From Bdellovibrionota bacterium (GTDB lineage: Bacteria; Bdellovibrionota; UBA1018; UBA923): a stretch of DNA of 64,000 nucleotides. Position 1 is the stretch's first letter. Every line of letters starts with the position of its first letter. Shown one piece after another: positions 29,261 through 38,905 of this stretch. Location: assembly GCA_040754655.1 (NCBI GenBank), contig JBFMCE010000004.1, positions 1,740 through 65,739 of the forward strand. The letters are read 5' to 3'. The translations under genes and the position numbers were made by a program. The notes below the pieces were generated by a model. The model was not told the DNA's origin. It saw only the letters and a program-made list of their open reading frames with translations, and made no database searches.

Positions 29261-29335
29261 GTCGCCTGTAACGCATCGTCAATTGGCCAGGCGCACGGGG
29301 AATAGGGTTTGCACAAGCACGGGAAGGAGGCTTTT

Positions 29336-29848
29336 ATGGTCCCAGAAAATAAACTTCCCGAAAACCCAGAAAACCGTCAGCAAGACCAGAGCTCGTCAAG
29401 AGGGGCTGAATCCCAAGGTAAAAGTAAAAGACCAAGGGGACTTGCTGCCGCTGATCCTGAGACGCGGCGAGCCGTGGCAAGAAAAGGCGGCGAAGCCGTT
29501 TCAAGAAATAGAAAACACATGGCCGAGATTGGTCGAAAGGGCGGTGAAGCCGTTTCGCAAGACCGCAGGCATATGGCCGAGATTGGTCGAAAGGGCGGTG
29601 AGGCTGTAAGCCAAAATCGCGAGCACATGGCTGAAATCGGTCGTAAAGGCGGCGAAGCGCGCAGTGGGCACGGACACCCGGAGGATCAGGAAACGTCAGA
29701 TGAAAGAAGCCCTGGTTCAGTCCATCCTATCCGTCAACAACAACAGCAAGGAGAATTGAGTTCAGACGAGACAATGCAAAATCCGCAGGGCGAAGCAGGA
29801 GTAGGCTCACCCAGCGAGTTTCAAAAGAAGACTGCGGCCGAAGGTTAA
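29336..29848 (+). CDS. KGG-repeat general stress protein (YciG/GsiB-like)
   Basis: GGAGG lies 6 nt upstream of the ATG at 29336. There are four KGG motifs (RKGGEAVS), three of them in near-perfect 18-aa tandem repeats HMAEIGRKGGEAVSQxRx. Confidence 0.75.
   Translation: MVPENKLPENPENRQQDQSSSRGAESQGKSKRPRGLAAADPETRRAVARKGGEAVSRNRKHMAEIGRKGGEAVSQDRRHMAEIGRKGGEAVSQNREHMAEIGRKGGEARSGHGHPEDQETSDERSPGSVHPIRQQQQQGELSSDETMQNPQGEAGVGSPSEFQKKTAAEG
29462..29662 (+). repeat. In-frame 54-bp tandem repeat (one degenerate and three well-conserved units) encoding the KGG motifs
   Basis: The nucleotide string atggccgagattggtcgaaagggcggtga recurs with a 54-nt period (starts near 29519, 29573, 29627). Confidence 0.85.
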
Positions 29849-32184
29849 CCCACCGCAGAGAGCTTGTTCGTGTTTGCAAGTTTCAGGTTCAGTGCTTCGA
29901 ATACGACGTCTTCAGCGGTTTCAATAAATTTAATTTGCAGTTTCGAAACTACATCTTGAGGGATTTGCTTCAAATCGGTCTGGTTGCGCTTGGGCAAGAG
30001 AATGGTTTTTATTCCTGCCCGATGCGCAGCCAGAACTTTTTCCTTTATCCCCCCGACTGGCAATACAGCTCCCCTAAGCGTGATCTCCCCGGTCATCGCA
30101 AGCTCTGGATTCAGGGTTTTCCCCGTGAGAAGGGAAGCGATCGCGGTAAGCATGGTAACCCCGGCCGAAGGGCCGTCCTTGGGTATTGCGCCCGCGGGCA
30201 CGTGCACGTGTAAATCGTTTTTATCGAACTTGAACTCAGGCGCAAGCCCCGGAGTGGCTGCCCTGATGTAACTCAATGCGATGTGGGCTGATTCCTTCAT
30301 TACCTCGCCCAATTGCCCGGTGAGAGTGACCTTCCCGCTGCCGGGCATGAGGCTTGCCTCGATGAACAAGATGTCGCCTCCATGCGGCGTCCACGCCAGC
30401 CCGGTGGCAACGCCTGGCCGCATGGTTCTTTCGGTGACTTCAGGCTGGAATTTCTCCGGACCCAGGATCTCAGGGACTTGCTCGGCGCCAAGCTGGATCG
30501 GAGGAATTTTCCCCATTACGATCGATTCGGCGCAGGCACGGAAGAGAGCTGCGATCTCACGTTGAAGTTCCCTGACGCCGGCTTCGCGAGTGTAACCGTG
30601 AACCAGCCTGAATATGGATTCATCCGGAAGCACGATGTCATTGGCTTTGAGTCCGTGCTCTTGAAGCTGCTTGGGGATCAAATACTGGCGCGCAATGTGA
30701 AGCTTTTCAATAGTCGTATAACCCGTGACCTCGATGATCTCCATGCGATCTCTCAAGGGTGCCGGGATCGTGTCGGCTACGTTCGCCGTCGCAATGAAGA
30801 AAACATTTGAGAGATCAAAAGGCACATCAAGGTAATGGTCGACGAAAGATTTGTTTTGCTCAGGGTCAAGAACCTCAAGCATCGCGCTTGCCGGGTCGCC
30901 TTGAAAGCTGATCCCGAGTTTGTCGATCTCATCGAGCATGAAGAGCGGGTTATTGGTGCCCACTCGTTTGATGCTCTGAATGATGCGTCCGGGCATCGCG
31001 CCGATGTAAGTTCTCCTGTGCCCTCGGATCTCGGCTTCATCTCTCACCCCGCCAAGGCTGGTTCGAATGAACCTTCGACCCAATGATCTCGCAATACTTT
31101 GGCCTAAACTTGTTTTCCCGACGCCGGGGGGGCCAATCAGACAGAGAATCGGCCCGTGGAGGTCGTTCTTTAGTTTTGCAACGGCAAGGTATTGCAAGAT
31201 CCTCTTTTTGACGTGTTCAAGCCCGTAGTGATCTTCATCCAGGATTTTCCGCGCCATCTTGAGATCAAGGTTGTCGTGAGTCGATTTCTTCCAGGGCATG
31301 TCGGCCAGCCATTCGAGATAAGTTCGAATCACGTGGTATTCGGCTGAAGCCGGGGGCAGCGACTCAAGCCTGTGCAATTCGTCGTTCACGACCTTTTGAA
31401 CATCCTCGGGCAGATTCGCCTGATCCAGGCGCCTTTCGATTTCGTCGCTGACTTGAGATCCTTCCTCACCCAGCTCTTCACGAATCGTTCGCATTTGCTC
31501 GCGCAGAAGGGCCTCGCGCTGAGCTTTATTGAGGCGCTCACTCATTTTTTCTTGGATGTCGCGCTGAAGGTTCAAGATCTCACGTTCCTTTTGCATGAGC
31601 GCTAAAAGGGTTTGCATTCGGCTCTCAACGATCACGTCTTCAAGCAGTTCTTGTTTTTGAGGGGTAGGCAGATTCAAATACGCCGAGCAGAGGTTCGTAA
31701 GGTAACCGGCGTCGTCAAGCTTCTCGACAAGCCTCGCTAAAGGCTCGCCGGCGCCGGGCAAGAGATCGAGGATCTCGCGCGCCATGGTTTTCAGGCTATT
31801 GAAAAGCGCCTGGGTTCTCACGGAGTCGGTTCCGTAGATGTCGGCGACATTCTCGCCACGCACGCTCAAAAAACCTTCATCTGAAATGTAATCTTCCACC
31901 CGGTAACGTGAAATGCCGGTGATGACGAGCTGGTAACCTCCGCTTTCGGTCTCGATCACGCTCTCAATTTTCGCGAGCGTTCCGATGCGGTACAAATCGC
32001 CCGTTTCTGGGTCACCATTGCTCATGATGCGTTGGGTGATCACGACCACCAGGTTCTCGTTCTCGCGCGCATGCAGTAGCGCGCGCACGCTGCGCGGCCG
32101 CCCGATCACTAGCGGCATCGACGCGCCTGGAAAGACGACTGCGTTTCGAATGGGGAGAACGGGAAGCGTGGTGGGTATCTTCAT
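29845..32184 (-). CDS. lon: ATP-dependent Lon protease (LonA)
   Basis: An N-terminal LON substrate-binding domain, Walker A GPPGVGKTSL, and the catalytic Ser region PKDGPSAGVTM with the downstream Lys (EKVLAAHRAG). Confidence 0.95.
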   Translation of the reverse strand: MKIPTTLPVLPIRNAVVFPGASMPLVIGRPRSVRALLHARENENLVVVITQRIMSNGDPETGDLYRIGTLAKIESVIETESGGYQLVITGISRYRVEDYISDEGFLSVRGENVADIYGTDSVRTQALFNSLKTMAREILDLLPGAGEPLARLVEKLDDAGYLTNLCSAYLNLPTPQKQELLEDVIVESRMQTLLALMQKEREILNLQRDIQEKMSERLNKAQREALLREQMRTIREELGEEGSQVSDEIERRLDQANLPEDVQKVVNDELHRLESLPPASAEYHVIRTYLEWLADMPWKKSTHDNLDLKMARKILDEDHYGLEHVKKRILQYLAVAKLKNDLHGPILCLIGPPGVGKTSLGQSIARSLGRRFIRTSLGGVRDEAEIRGHRRTYIGAMPGRIIQSIKRVGTNNPLFMLDEIDKLGISFQGDPASAMLEVLDPEQNKSFVDHYLDVPFDLSNVFFIATANVADTIPAPLRDRMEIIEVTGYTTIEKLHIARQYLIPKQLQEHGLKANDIVLPDESIFRLVHGYTREAGVRELQREIAALFRACAESIVMGKIPPIQLGAEQVPEILGPEKFQPEVTERTMRPGVATGLAWTPHGGDILFIEASLMPGSGKVTLTGQLGEVMKESAHIALSYIRAATPGLAPEFKFDKNDLHVHVPAGAIPKDGPSAGVTMLTAIASLLTGKTLNPELAMTGEITLRGAVLPVGGIKEKVLAAHRAGIKTILLPKRNQTDLKQIPQDVVSKLQIKFIETAEDVVFEALNLKLANTNKLSAVG

Positions 32185-32252
32185 ACCCCTATGATGGGAA
32201 GTTACTCAATTGGGTCAAGGATCGGTGCAGTGGCGGGGTGGTCTGTCGAGTT

Positions 32253-32708
32253 TCAGGTTTTGTTTTTGGCCGCGGCCAACCGTGGATTTGAATCACACAC
32301 ATCGCGTTCAAGCGCTTTTATCAAGCCTTTGTCAAAACCCCAGCTGATGGCGATGCGGTCGGCTTCAAGGTCGTTTGCGATCGGATCGCTACTCAGGTTT
32401 TTCGCGCAACGATGGCCCAATTCATGCGCAAGAATTGCGACTGCCTCGTCTCTGGGGCGATCAAGCAAGCTGCGATTCATCTGCAGAAGAAAAGCTCCCT
32501 GTGGAAGAGCATGCTCGATGCGCACGATTTGGCTCATTTCAACCGGCGGAAGGATCACCAAGGGCTGAGGACTCGCAAGGATCTGCGAAAGCGCGGGTTC
32601 CGGAATTTTGCTCCAAACCTCGGCCCACAGGCGAAGCCACTGGGGCTGCTCTTTCAACCACGCATGCCAGGGTGCTGAACACCAATTCGCGAGAAGGGCG
32701 TATTTCAT
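32253..32708 (-). CDS. Small hypothetical protein with an HExxH zinc-metallopeptidase-like motif
   Basis: 151 aa with motif AILAHELGHRCAK and no signal peptide. Its start overlaps the stop of the upstream 728-aa ORF by 4 nt (ATGA). Confidence 0.5.
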   Translation of the reverse strand: MKYALLANWCSAPWHAWLKEQPQWLRLWAEVWSKIPEPALSQILASPQPLVILPPVEMSQIVRIEHALPQGAFLLQMNRSLLDRPRDEAVAILAHELGHRCAKNLSSDPIANDLEADRIAISWGFDKGLIKALERDVCDSNPRLAAAKNKT

Positions 32709-34891
32709 CGCGTATCCCCTAGCATTTCGCGCAAGCGCTGGTTGAGGAGGGGGCGGTCTTCAAACCACTTCCGATCTTGGGTTGCTTTCAAAACTTCCAA
32801 GTAACCTTTCTCATGCTTCGTGCCGCGCCAAGCATCTTGGTTTTTATAAAGCGCATCGATATATCGCACTCTCTGGCTTGAGCTGCCAGAGCGCGCTTCT
32901 CTTTCAAGAAAGTTCAAAATTTGCTCTCGGTGGGTCTCAGGCCATTTTCCCAAGGCAGCGATGCTTATGATCTCCCTTTCTTGGTTTCGTTTAAGGTGAT
33001 CATTCTGCAAAAGGATGTCCCAAAGCTCAGAAACAAATTCTTTGGGAACTTCTCGGCCTGAGTTGGCCAAGGCCCTGACGGCTTTGACGTGGTGCAGACC
33101 CTTTTTTTGTCTTAGCCATTTCATCATCGCTACCCAGAGGCGCTTGTGTTGTTTCGGATCTTTAGGCCAGGGCACCTTGTCTAGAAGGCCGCTGATTTCA
33201 GGATTTTTTACGAGAGCAGCGATGTATTTCGGCCAAAACTTCTTCTCAAGTCTCTCGGGAATAGCGGTCTTCGCCGCATGAGGGACAAGTTTATCAAAGA
33301 ACCGCGGAATTTCTTGTGTGAACATTGCCCACGCTTCTTCGTTGACGCTTTCTGGCCAAGCCTTCTCTCTTTCGAGAAGGTCATTGAAGATGCGGTGTCG
33401 AGGCGTATCGGTTTCTCGGAATGATGGGACAGCAGCACTCCAAAGCGCCGCCCTTCGTTCTTCCGACACCCTATTGAATCCGCCACGCGTGATAAGCGAT
33501 TGGATGAACGCTGCCTGGCCTTTTGAGAGCTCTTTTGTTTGCCCCAGAAGCCGCACTGCCTCTTCCTGAATTAGAGGATCATAAGTATAGCCAGGACGTT
33601 GAAAACGAACGAAGAGTTCATCTTCCAATGAGGGCGAAAATCCTCTTCGGTACTCAGGCTCAGCCATCCAGGTCCACGCCTGTCGGATGTAGCTCTCGGC
33701 GCCTCCATAATAGGCCTCTGCAAGGCCAGCGATGGCGGCAAAGTTCTGATGCCCCTTAAGTGCTGCAGCTTTGATGAAGTTTTCGATGCGTTTTTGATCG
33801 TGAGGCTTCCACTGCGCCCTTTTTTGAGCAAGGCGCTCTGCTGCTGCCTTGGCCGAGTTTAGATCTCCTTGCTGGAGCAGGCTAAACAGATGTCCAATCT
33901 TTTGCGGTAGTTTTGTTTTTGGATTTGATTTGCCAGACTTCTGTGGAGGTTTGCCGCCTTTAGCGAGAATGGCGGCTGACACTAGCGTGTTTTGGATATA
34001 AGCCCTTCTTCTGACTTCATAGGGCCAAGCACTGTGCCAATCTACGATCAGCCACTCTTGTGTGTTTGGCTTGCGTCGGATGTCGCTAAAGTTTGCATTG
34101 AGAATACGCGCCAGTGCGATTCTGTCTTCATATTCTTCTCGATAAAGAGGCGAGGTTTGAAGTTCTTTGGGATCTTCAAAACGCCTGAATTTATTCTCTT
34201 CGGGGATGGCGACAGTCAGTCGAGTTTTTGCTTCGGAATTGCTATTCTCATCGATGGCCTGCGCACTTCGATAAATTGATAAGATGTCTTTCTCTTTTCC
34301 CGGAGTGTGCAACCGACACCAGTCTAAATATTCGGTGAGCATGCCTTTTTTTTCGGCAAACTTCACTTCTATGAAAGTGGGAAGATAGTGGTGACCTACC
34401 AAAGACTCCATCGCCTCATGCACTCCGATGATATCAATGATGTGGGGCGGGTACTTGTCGCCATCAACTACCGCAAGTGGAGTCTCTGGAGAACCAAATG
34501 CCCCGCCATAATCGTCACACAGTTCAGCAAGTTCTAAGACTGCAGGGTCTTTCTGCTGTTCGGCAGGAATCTTGCTTTTTCGAAAGACGTAGTAGGTGAA
34601 TTCTGGCACGTTCTCGGCAACCCTGACTTTACGGCTTTCGACAAAACCCTGCTTCTCATATCGTTTGAGTAACGCTAAAATTGTCGCTGCTTTTGCGCCA
34701 TCGATTTGACTTTCGAGCCGAAGTGAGAGGGTGCTCCTCATGCGGGGAGCATGGTCCGCAAAAACTCGTAGGAGGGGACCAAGGCAGAAGCGGTCGGCCG
34801 CAGTCGCTTGAGAAGGCGAACCCGCCAAAAACACCAGACACAGTAGGGCTCTAAGGCTCGAGGGCCTTGAAGTAAAAAGGGAAATCCCCAT
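32705..34891 (-). CDS. Large hypothetical secreted protein (728 aa), helical-repeat-like C-terminal half
   Basis: A long uninterrupted ORF with a signal peptide (LLCLVFLAGSPSQATA-AD). I recognise no catalytic motif. The C-terminal 400 aa are W/K/E-rich and helical. Confidence 0.6.
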   Translation of the reverse strand: MGISLFTSRPSSLRALLCLVFLAGSPSQATAADRFCLGPLLRVFADHAPRMRSTLSLRLESQIDGAKAATILALLKRYEKQGFVESRKVRVAENVPEFTYYVFRKSKIPAEQQKDPAVLELAELCDDYGGAFGSPETPLAVVDGDKYPPHIIDIIGVHEAMESLVGHHYLPTFIEVKFAEKKGMLTEYLDWCRLHTPGKEKDILSIYRSAQAIDENSNSEAKTRLTVAIPEENKFRRFEDPKELQTSPLYREEYEDRIALARILNANFSDIRRKPNTQEWLIVDWHSAWPYEVRRRAYIQNTLVSAAILAKGGKPPQKSGKSNPKTKLPQKIGHLFSLLQQGDLNSAKAAAERLAQKRAQWKPHDQKRIENFIKAAALKGHQNFAAIAGLAEAYYGGAESYIRQAWTWMAEPEYRRGFSPSLEDELFVRFQRPGYTYDPLIQEEAVRLLGQTKELSKGQAAFIQSLITRGGFNRVSEERRAALWSAAVPSFRETDTPRHRIFNDLLEREKAWPESVNEEAWAMFTQEIPRFFDKLVPHAAKTAIPERLEKKFWPKYIAALVKNPEISGLLDKVPWPKDPKQHKRLWVAMMKWLRQKKGLHHVKAVRALANSGREVPKEFVSELWDILLQNDHLKRNQEREIISIAALGKWPETHREQILNFLEREARSGSSSQRVRYIDALYKNQDAWRGTKHEKGYLEVLKATQDRKWFEDRPLLNQRLREMLGDTR

Positions 34892-34955
34892 AAGGGATTC
34901 ATCGGTTTTTTTTACCGAAGCAGAACCTGGTTCAAGTCACCACGACCGTGCAACC

Positions 34956-35531
34956 TTAAAAATAATACCTAGCTCCAATCGATCCATCTAGGAAGGTGAA
35001 TGTAGAAGGCGCAAGCCCGACGCCAGGAGCGATTTCAGCAAAGACACCGAGAGGCACTTTTTGAGGTAGGAATTCAATGCCTACAGGGACACGCACCCCA
35101 AAGCCCACGCTGCGCCTTGTGTCTGAGCGAAAAAAACGATTGTTCGAGGATCTCGGTTCTGAGGTATCGAAAAAGAGAACGCCTCCTGCGCCCAGGTAAG
35201 GGATGAATTGGTCGCTCTTGAAGACTCTTGGAAAGTGCCACAGATAATCACCCAAAATTTCAAAAAATCCGAAGAACGAATAGCTCAGCGCCAGATCAAA
35301 CGCAGTGGTGGGTGAGTTCCAAGATTTGAGCGTGATGCCAGAGGGTTCTCCAAACATCACGCCAAGGCCCAGGTCTTGGCTCTTGGCCGTGTCGTTTGGG
35401 CGAGAGTGGTCTTTTCGCGTGAGGGTTTGCCTAGGCTGAGCCTTGCTTTCAGCAGCAGCGGCGGGCTGCAGGGCGGTCGGGAACGCGTTCAAGAAAAACA
35501 GGGACCACAAAAGCATTCGAAGTGAGTGCAT
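34956..35531 (-). CDS. Small outer-membrane beta-barrel protein (OmpW/OprF-N-like, 8-strand size)
   Basis: The ATG at 35531 gives a signal peptide (MHSLRMLLWSLFFLNAFPTALQPAAA). There are alternating hydrophobic strands and an aromatic C-terminus (IGARYYF). Confidence 0.6.
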   Translation of the reverse strand: MHSLRMLLWSLFFLNAFPTALQPAAAAESKAQPRQTLTRKDHSRPNDTAKSQDLGLGVMFGEPSGITLKSWNSPTTAFDLALSYSFFGFFEILGDYLWHFPRVFKSDQFIPYLGAGGVLFFDTSEPRSSNNRFFRSDTRRSVGFGVRVPVGIEFLPQKVPLGVFAEIAPGVGLAPSTFTFLDGSIGARYYF

Positions 35532-35743
35532 GGCTTCTCCTCTCAAAATCTCAAAATGGGCCTGAGCAAAAATATCAAAGAAACTGGGGACGGGAAGGCT
35601 GCTTTAAAGGCGTTTGCAAGCTCTTCACTCTCATCATGGAACCTTTGCAACGACTTGAAATGCGCAAAAAGCAGCTGTAACTCGCGGTAATTCCGCATAA
35701 AATCATCGCTAAAGTTTTTTCCTAGTTCGTCCGAAGAGCATTT

Positions 35744-36568
35744 ATGCCGCGAAAAATACCCGTCAATGACCTGTTCCAACGTAGGATCGACAAGTGGATC
35801 GACGAAGACCCTTCGTCGTTGCTCACAAGGCAAGTAGAGAGGGCTACCGCCCCGTTGCATCAGCTCGTTGCCTTGTTATTGCCCAATCTCTTGATCAAAG
35901 AAGTGGTCGATAAAACGCTTTGGGCGGCCGAAGTGTTGACCGATCGAGATGATATTCTGGATAGCCTGAAAGCGGGCTCGGTGGAAGAGATCAAAACGGC
36001 GAAAGTTGATCGTTGCGATGCCTTGGCCGATGGCGTGCATGCATGGGCGATTGGCGCCGCCGCAGCCCTTGGGGCTTGGGATTTGGTAGGTCCTCTCGGA
36101 ACCGCTCCGGCGCTGGTGTCTCTTTTTACATTATCGTTTCGAACAATAAAAAAGATTGGCCTTTGTTATGGCTACGCTACCGACAGCCATTTCGAGAACC
36201 TGATCGTGCTTGAGATCTTCGCTTCCGCGAGCAGTCTGTACCATCGCGACAAAGTCCAAGCCATCAAGACCATCGAAACTTTGATGCGCCAACCTACGGT
36301 AGATTTGACGAACCTTTCTAAAGAGGCCGTTGAGGCGACGATTGAACGCTTGTCGCACAACTTGAGCAGCAACCTCACACGCAGGCGCTCTCTTTCGTCG
36401 GTTCCGGCGATGGGAGCATTGGTCGGTGGATCAACCAACGCCTGGCTTTTAAAAGACGTAGGATGGGCAGCTCGGAACATCTATGCGCTCAGGCGTATTC
36501 ACGAAGACAAAATGCGAGAGACCGCTACAAAGCAGTCCGAAGAAGTCATTCTTCCGAAAGCAGCTTGA
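35744..36568 (+). CDS. EcsC family protein
   Basis: A Gly/Ala-rich central block followed by KKIGLCYGY, and a C-terminal VPAMGALVGGSTNAWLLKDVGWAARNIY. This matches the pattern I recall for B. subtilis EcsC (GG.SG.GG...IA.TYGF ... VGAGVNYQLTRKV). Confidence 0.6.
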   Translation: MPRKIPVNDLFQRRIDKWIDEDPSSLLTRQVERATAPLHQLVALLLPNLLIKEVVDKTLWAAEVLTDRDDILDSLKAGSVEEIKTAKVDRCDALADGVHAWAIGAAAALGAWDLVGPLGTAPALVSLFTLSFRTIKKIGLCYGYATDSHFENLIVLEIFASASSLYHRDKVQAIKTIETLMRQPTVDLTNLSKEAVEATIERLSHNLSSNLTRRRSLSSVPAMGALVGGSTNAWLLKDVGWAARNIYALRRIHEDKMRETATKQSEEVILPKAA

Positions 36569-36701
36569 TCGAGTGCTTCTGCCTTGGCCTTGGGGTTGGT
36601 TTTCTCGGCAAAGTTCGATTCAACCAATACATTTAAGCAAGGTTGACCATGTCCTGACCGTCTGGTAGTTGCATCGCGTCATAGCGCTATGAGGTGATGC
36701 A

Positions 36702-38615
36702 ATGTCAGGTGAGAAAAAACCAGTTTTTGGCCATGGGAGCGACTCTTCGGGGTTGAGCCGACGTGACTTTGTTGAAACGGCGTTAAAAGCGGTGGCCGGC
36801 TGTGGGGTGGCGGCTGTTGCGCCTTTAAAGTTCGCGAGCGCGTCCGAAAATCCTCGCAAATCACCGCAGATTGAAAACCCCGCCCTCGCAAAAAGAACAT
36901 CGCTCCGCGAGCGAGCTCTGGTGACGCCGCACCACTTGCTTCAGTCTCATTATGAGGTCGTCGTCATTGGTTCAGGTTATGGTGGTTCGATCTTGGCCGC
37001 GCGTCTCGCGCAGAAGGCAAAATCGATCTGTATTCTCGAACGTGGGGCCGAATGGAAGCCTGGCGATTTCTTAGAGGAAAAAAACGAGTGGAAGTCGGGC
37101 GATTTCCCCACCAATGGTTTTGCGCTTTCAACGCGCGCCCTGAGATCGCCGCTCAATCCGTTGGGCCTGCTTGACATGCATGCGCCCCTTCAAGGGGACG
37201 TCGATGTCATCTCAGGCTCTGGTCTTGGCGGAACGTCGCTGATCAATGCTGCGATCTCGATTCGCCCTGAGCCATTGGTTTTTGAGCAAAAGGAATGGCC
37301 CAAAGCAATTCAAAAAGATTACGACAGCGGGGTGCTCGATGCGTACTACTCTAAAGCTGAAGTCATGTTAGGCGCGACTGAGTATGATCAAAATGACGAG
37401 TTCGCGAAAACCTCTCTTCACAAGAAGAACTGTGAGGCCAGAGGGGTCAAGACCGGTAACCTCAAGCTGAATGTGAATTACGATAAGTTTTCAGGCGGCT
37501 TGAACGCCCTGAATGCGAGGCAAGACGCCTGCACTTTCTGCGGTGACTGCGTCTCTGGATGCAATGTCGGCGCCAAAAACACGCTCACGACAAATTATCT
37601 TCCGCTGGCGTCAAAACTTGGCGCTCAGATTTTCACCGGCATGGAGGTGCGTGAGATTGAAAAGGGCCGAACGGGTTATCGCATCCACTATACTTATTAT
37701 TCAGGCAATCCGGGCCTGCCAAGCCTGTCAAAAAAGGGCTCGATCACGGCTTCCAAAGTCGTTTTGGCCGCGGGCTCAAAGGGGACTACCGAAATTTTGC
37801 TGCGCTCGCAAAATTCCGGGTTTCGTTTTTCGAAGCTTTTGGGTTCAAGATTTTCGGCTAATGGAGATGTCTTGGGATTCAGCTACAACGGAAATACTCG
37901 AACCAATATCGTGAGCTATGGCGATACGATTAGGGGAGTTCGAGAAGGCTGGCCTGTGGGCCACTCAATCACGTGTTACGGAGACTATCGTGAAAAGGGG
38001 CGCAATCTCATGGAGCGCTATCTCTTGCTCGACGGAACGATTCCCACTGCGCTGCTTGAGTTGGTGGGCAAGAGCCTTGCCTTCTATGCTTTGCAACAGC
38101 CGTGGAAGTTTTCACTAGAGCAACATGCGCGCATACAAAGAGACTTGTTGAGCCTGCACCCGAAGGAAGACGGCGCCCTCAACCATTCGATGCTCTACCT
38201 GGCTTGTGGGCACGACAGTGCAGGTGGAAGGTATGTGCTTGAAGACAAGGCTGGCAGCGTGCACGTCAAGTGGCCTCGGGTGACGGAAGAACATTCTTTC
38301 AAGACGATGGATCGCGAGATGGCGGAACACGCCAAACTCAATGGCGGGATGTATGTTTCCAACCCGCGAAGCACTGTTTTTGGAGGCAAGCGCATTCAAG
38401 CGACCCATCCTCTCGGAGGCTGTCCGATGGGGGAAACCGTCGACCATGGCGTGGTTGACCATCGAGGCAGGGTTTTTACAGCAGAGGGTTCTTTTCATGA
38501 GGGGCTTTTTGTCGCGGATGGATCGATGATTCCGCGCTCACTTGGGGCAACCCCATTGATCACAATTTCGGCGTTCTCAGAGAGAATTGCGGATTACATC
38601 TTGGGCCAGAGCTGA
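36702..38615 (+). CDS. Tat-exported GMC family FAD oxidoreductase (cholesterol-oxidase-like)
   Basis: Twin-arginine motif SRRDFVETAL, Rossmann FAD motif VVVIGSGYGGSILAARLA, and the C-terminal GMC active-site region HPLGGCPMG. Confidence 0.8.
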   Translation: MSGEKKPVFGHGSDSSGLSRRDFVETALKAVAGCGVAAVAPLKFASASENPRKSPQIENPALAKRTSLRERALVTPHHLLQSHYEVVVIGSGYGGSILAARLAQKAKSICILERGAEWKPGDFLEEKNEWKSGDFPTNGFALSTRALRSPLNPLGLLDMHAPLQGDVDVISGSGLGGTSLINAAISIRPEPLVFEQKEWPKAIQKDYDSGVLDAYYSKAEVMLGATEYDQNDEFAKTSLHKKNCEARGVKTGNLKLNVNYDKFSGGLNALNARQDACTFCGDCVSGCNVGAKNTLTTNYLPLASKLGAQIFTGMEVREIEKGRTGYRIHYTYYSGNPGLPSLSKKGSITASKVVLAAGSKGTTEILLRSQNSGFRFSKLLGSRFSANGDVLGFSYNGNTRTNIVSYGDTIRGVREGWPVGHSITCYGDYREKGRNLMERYLLLDGTIPTALLELVGKSLAFYALQQPWKFSLEQHARIQRDLLSLHPKEDGALNHSMLYLACGHDSAGGRYVLEDKAGSVHVKWPRVTEEHSFKTMDREMAEHAKLNGGMYVSNPRSTVFGGKRIQATHPLGGCPMGETVDHGVVDHRGRVFTAEGSFHEGLFVADGSMIPRSLGATPLITISAFSERIADYILGQS

Positions 38616-38905
38616 GATAGTCAACTGTCCGTATCGTAATCTTCGATCGATTCCATTCGCCCGCACTCGACGAGCCGGGCCAAGCCAAGAAAATGGGGCG
38701 GCCCGCATGCGGTACAAAAGGTCTATCATTTGCAGCATGTGAAGCCTTAGACGGAAAGGTTCTATGGCGCGCCTCGCTGGTTTATTTGCAGCGGCAATGC
38801 TCACGGCCGTAAGCTCGCTCAGTGAAACGGGTGGCGGCGGTAAGTAAGGACCGACATGAAGTGATTAGAGCTAGAGTCATCACACAAACATCAGGAGAAG
38901 TGGAA

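Noticed and set aside
29462-29662. Regularly spaced 54-bp repeats considered as a possible CRISPR array
   Set aside because: The repeats are contiguous with no spacers, in frame, and encode the KGG motif of a stress protein. There are no cas genes in the window.
35543-35860. 105-aa minus-strand ORF upstream of the OMP gene
   Set aside because: It overlaps the 5' end of the better-supported EcsC-like gene by 117 nt. Its apparent 4-nt coupling to the OMP gene disappears when the OMP start is moved to the signal-peptide ATG at 35531. It has no motif. It might be real from the internal ATG at 35698, but support is insufficient.
38577-38804. 75-aa minus-strand ORF between the GMC oxidoreductase and FMN reductase genes
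   Set aside because: It overlaps the 3' end of the oxidoreductase gene, is Arg/Ala-rich, and has no RBS or motif. It is likely spurious.
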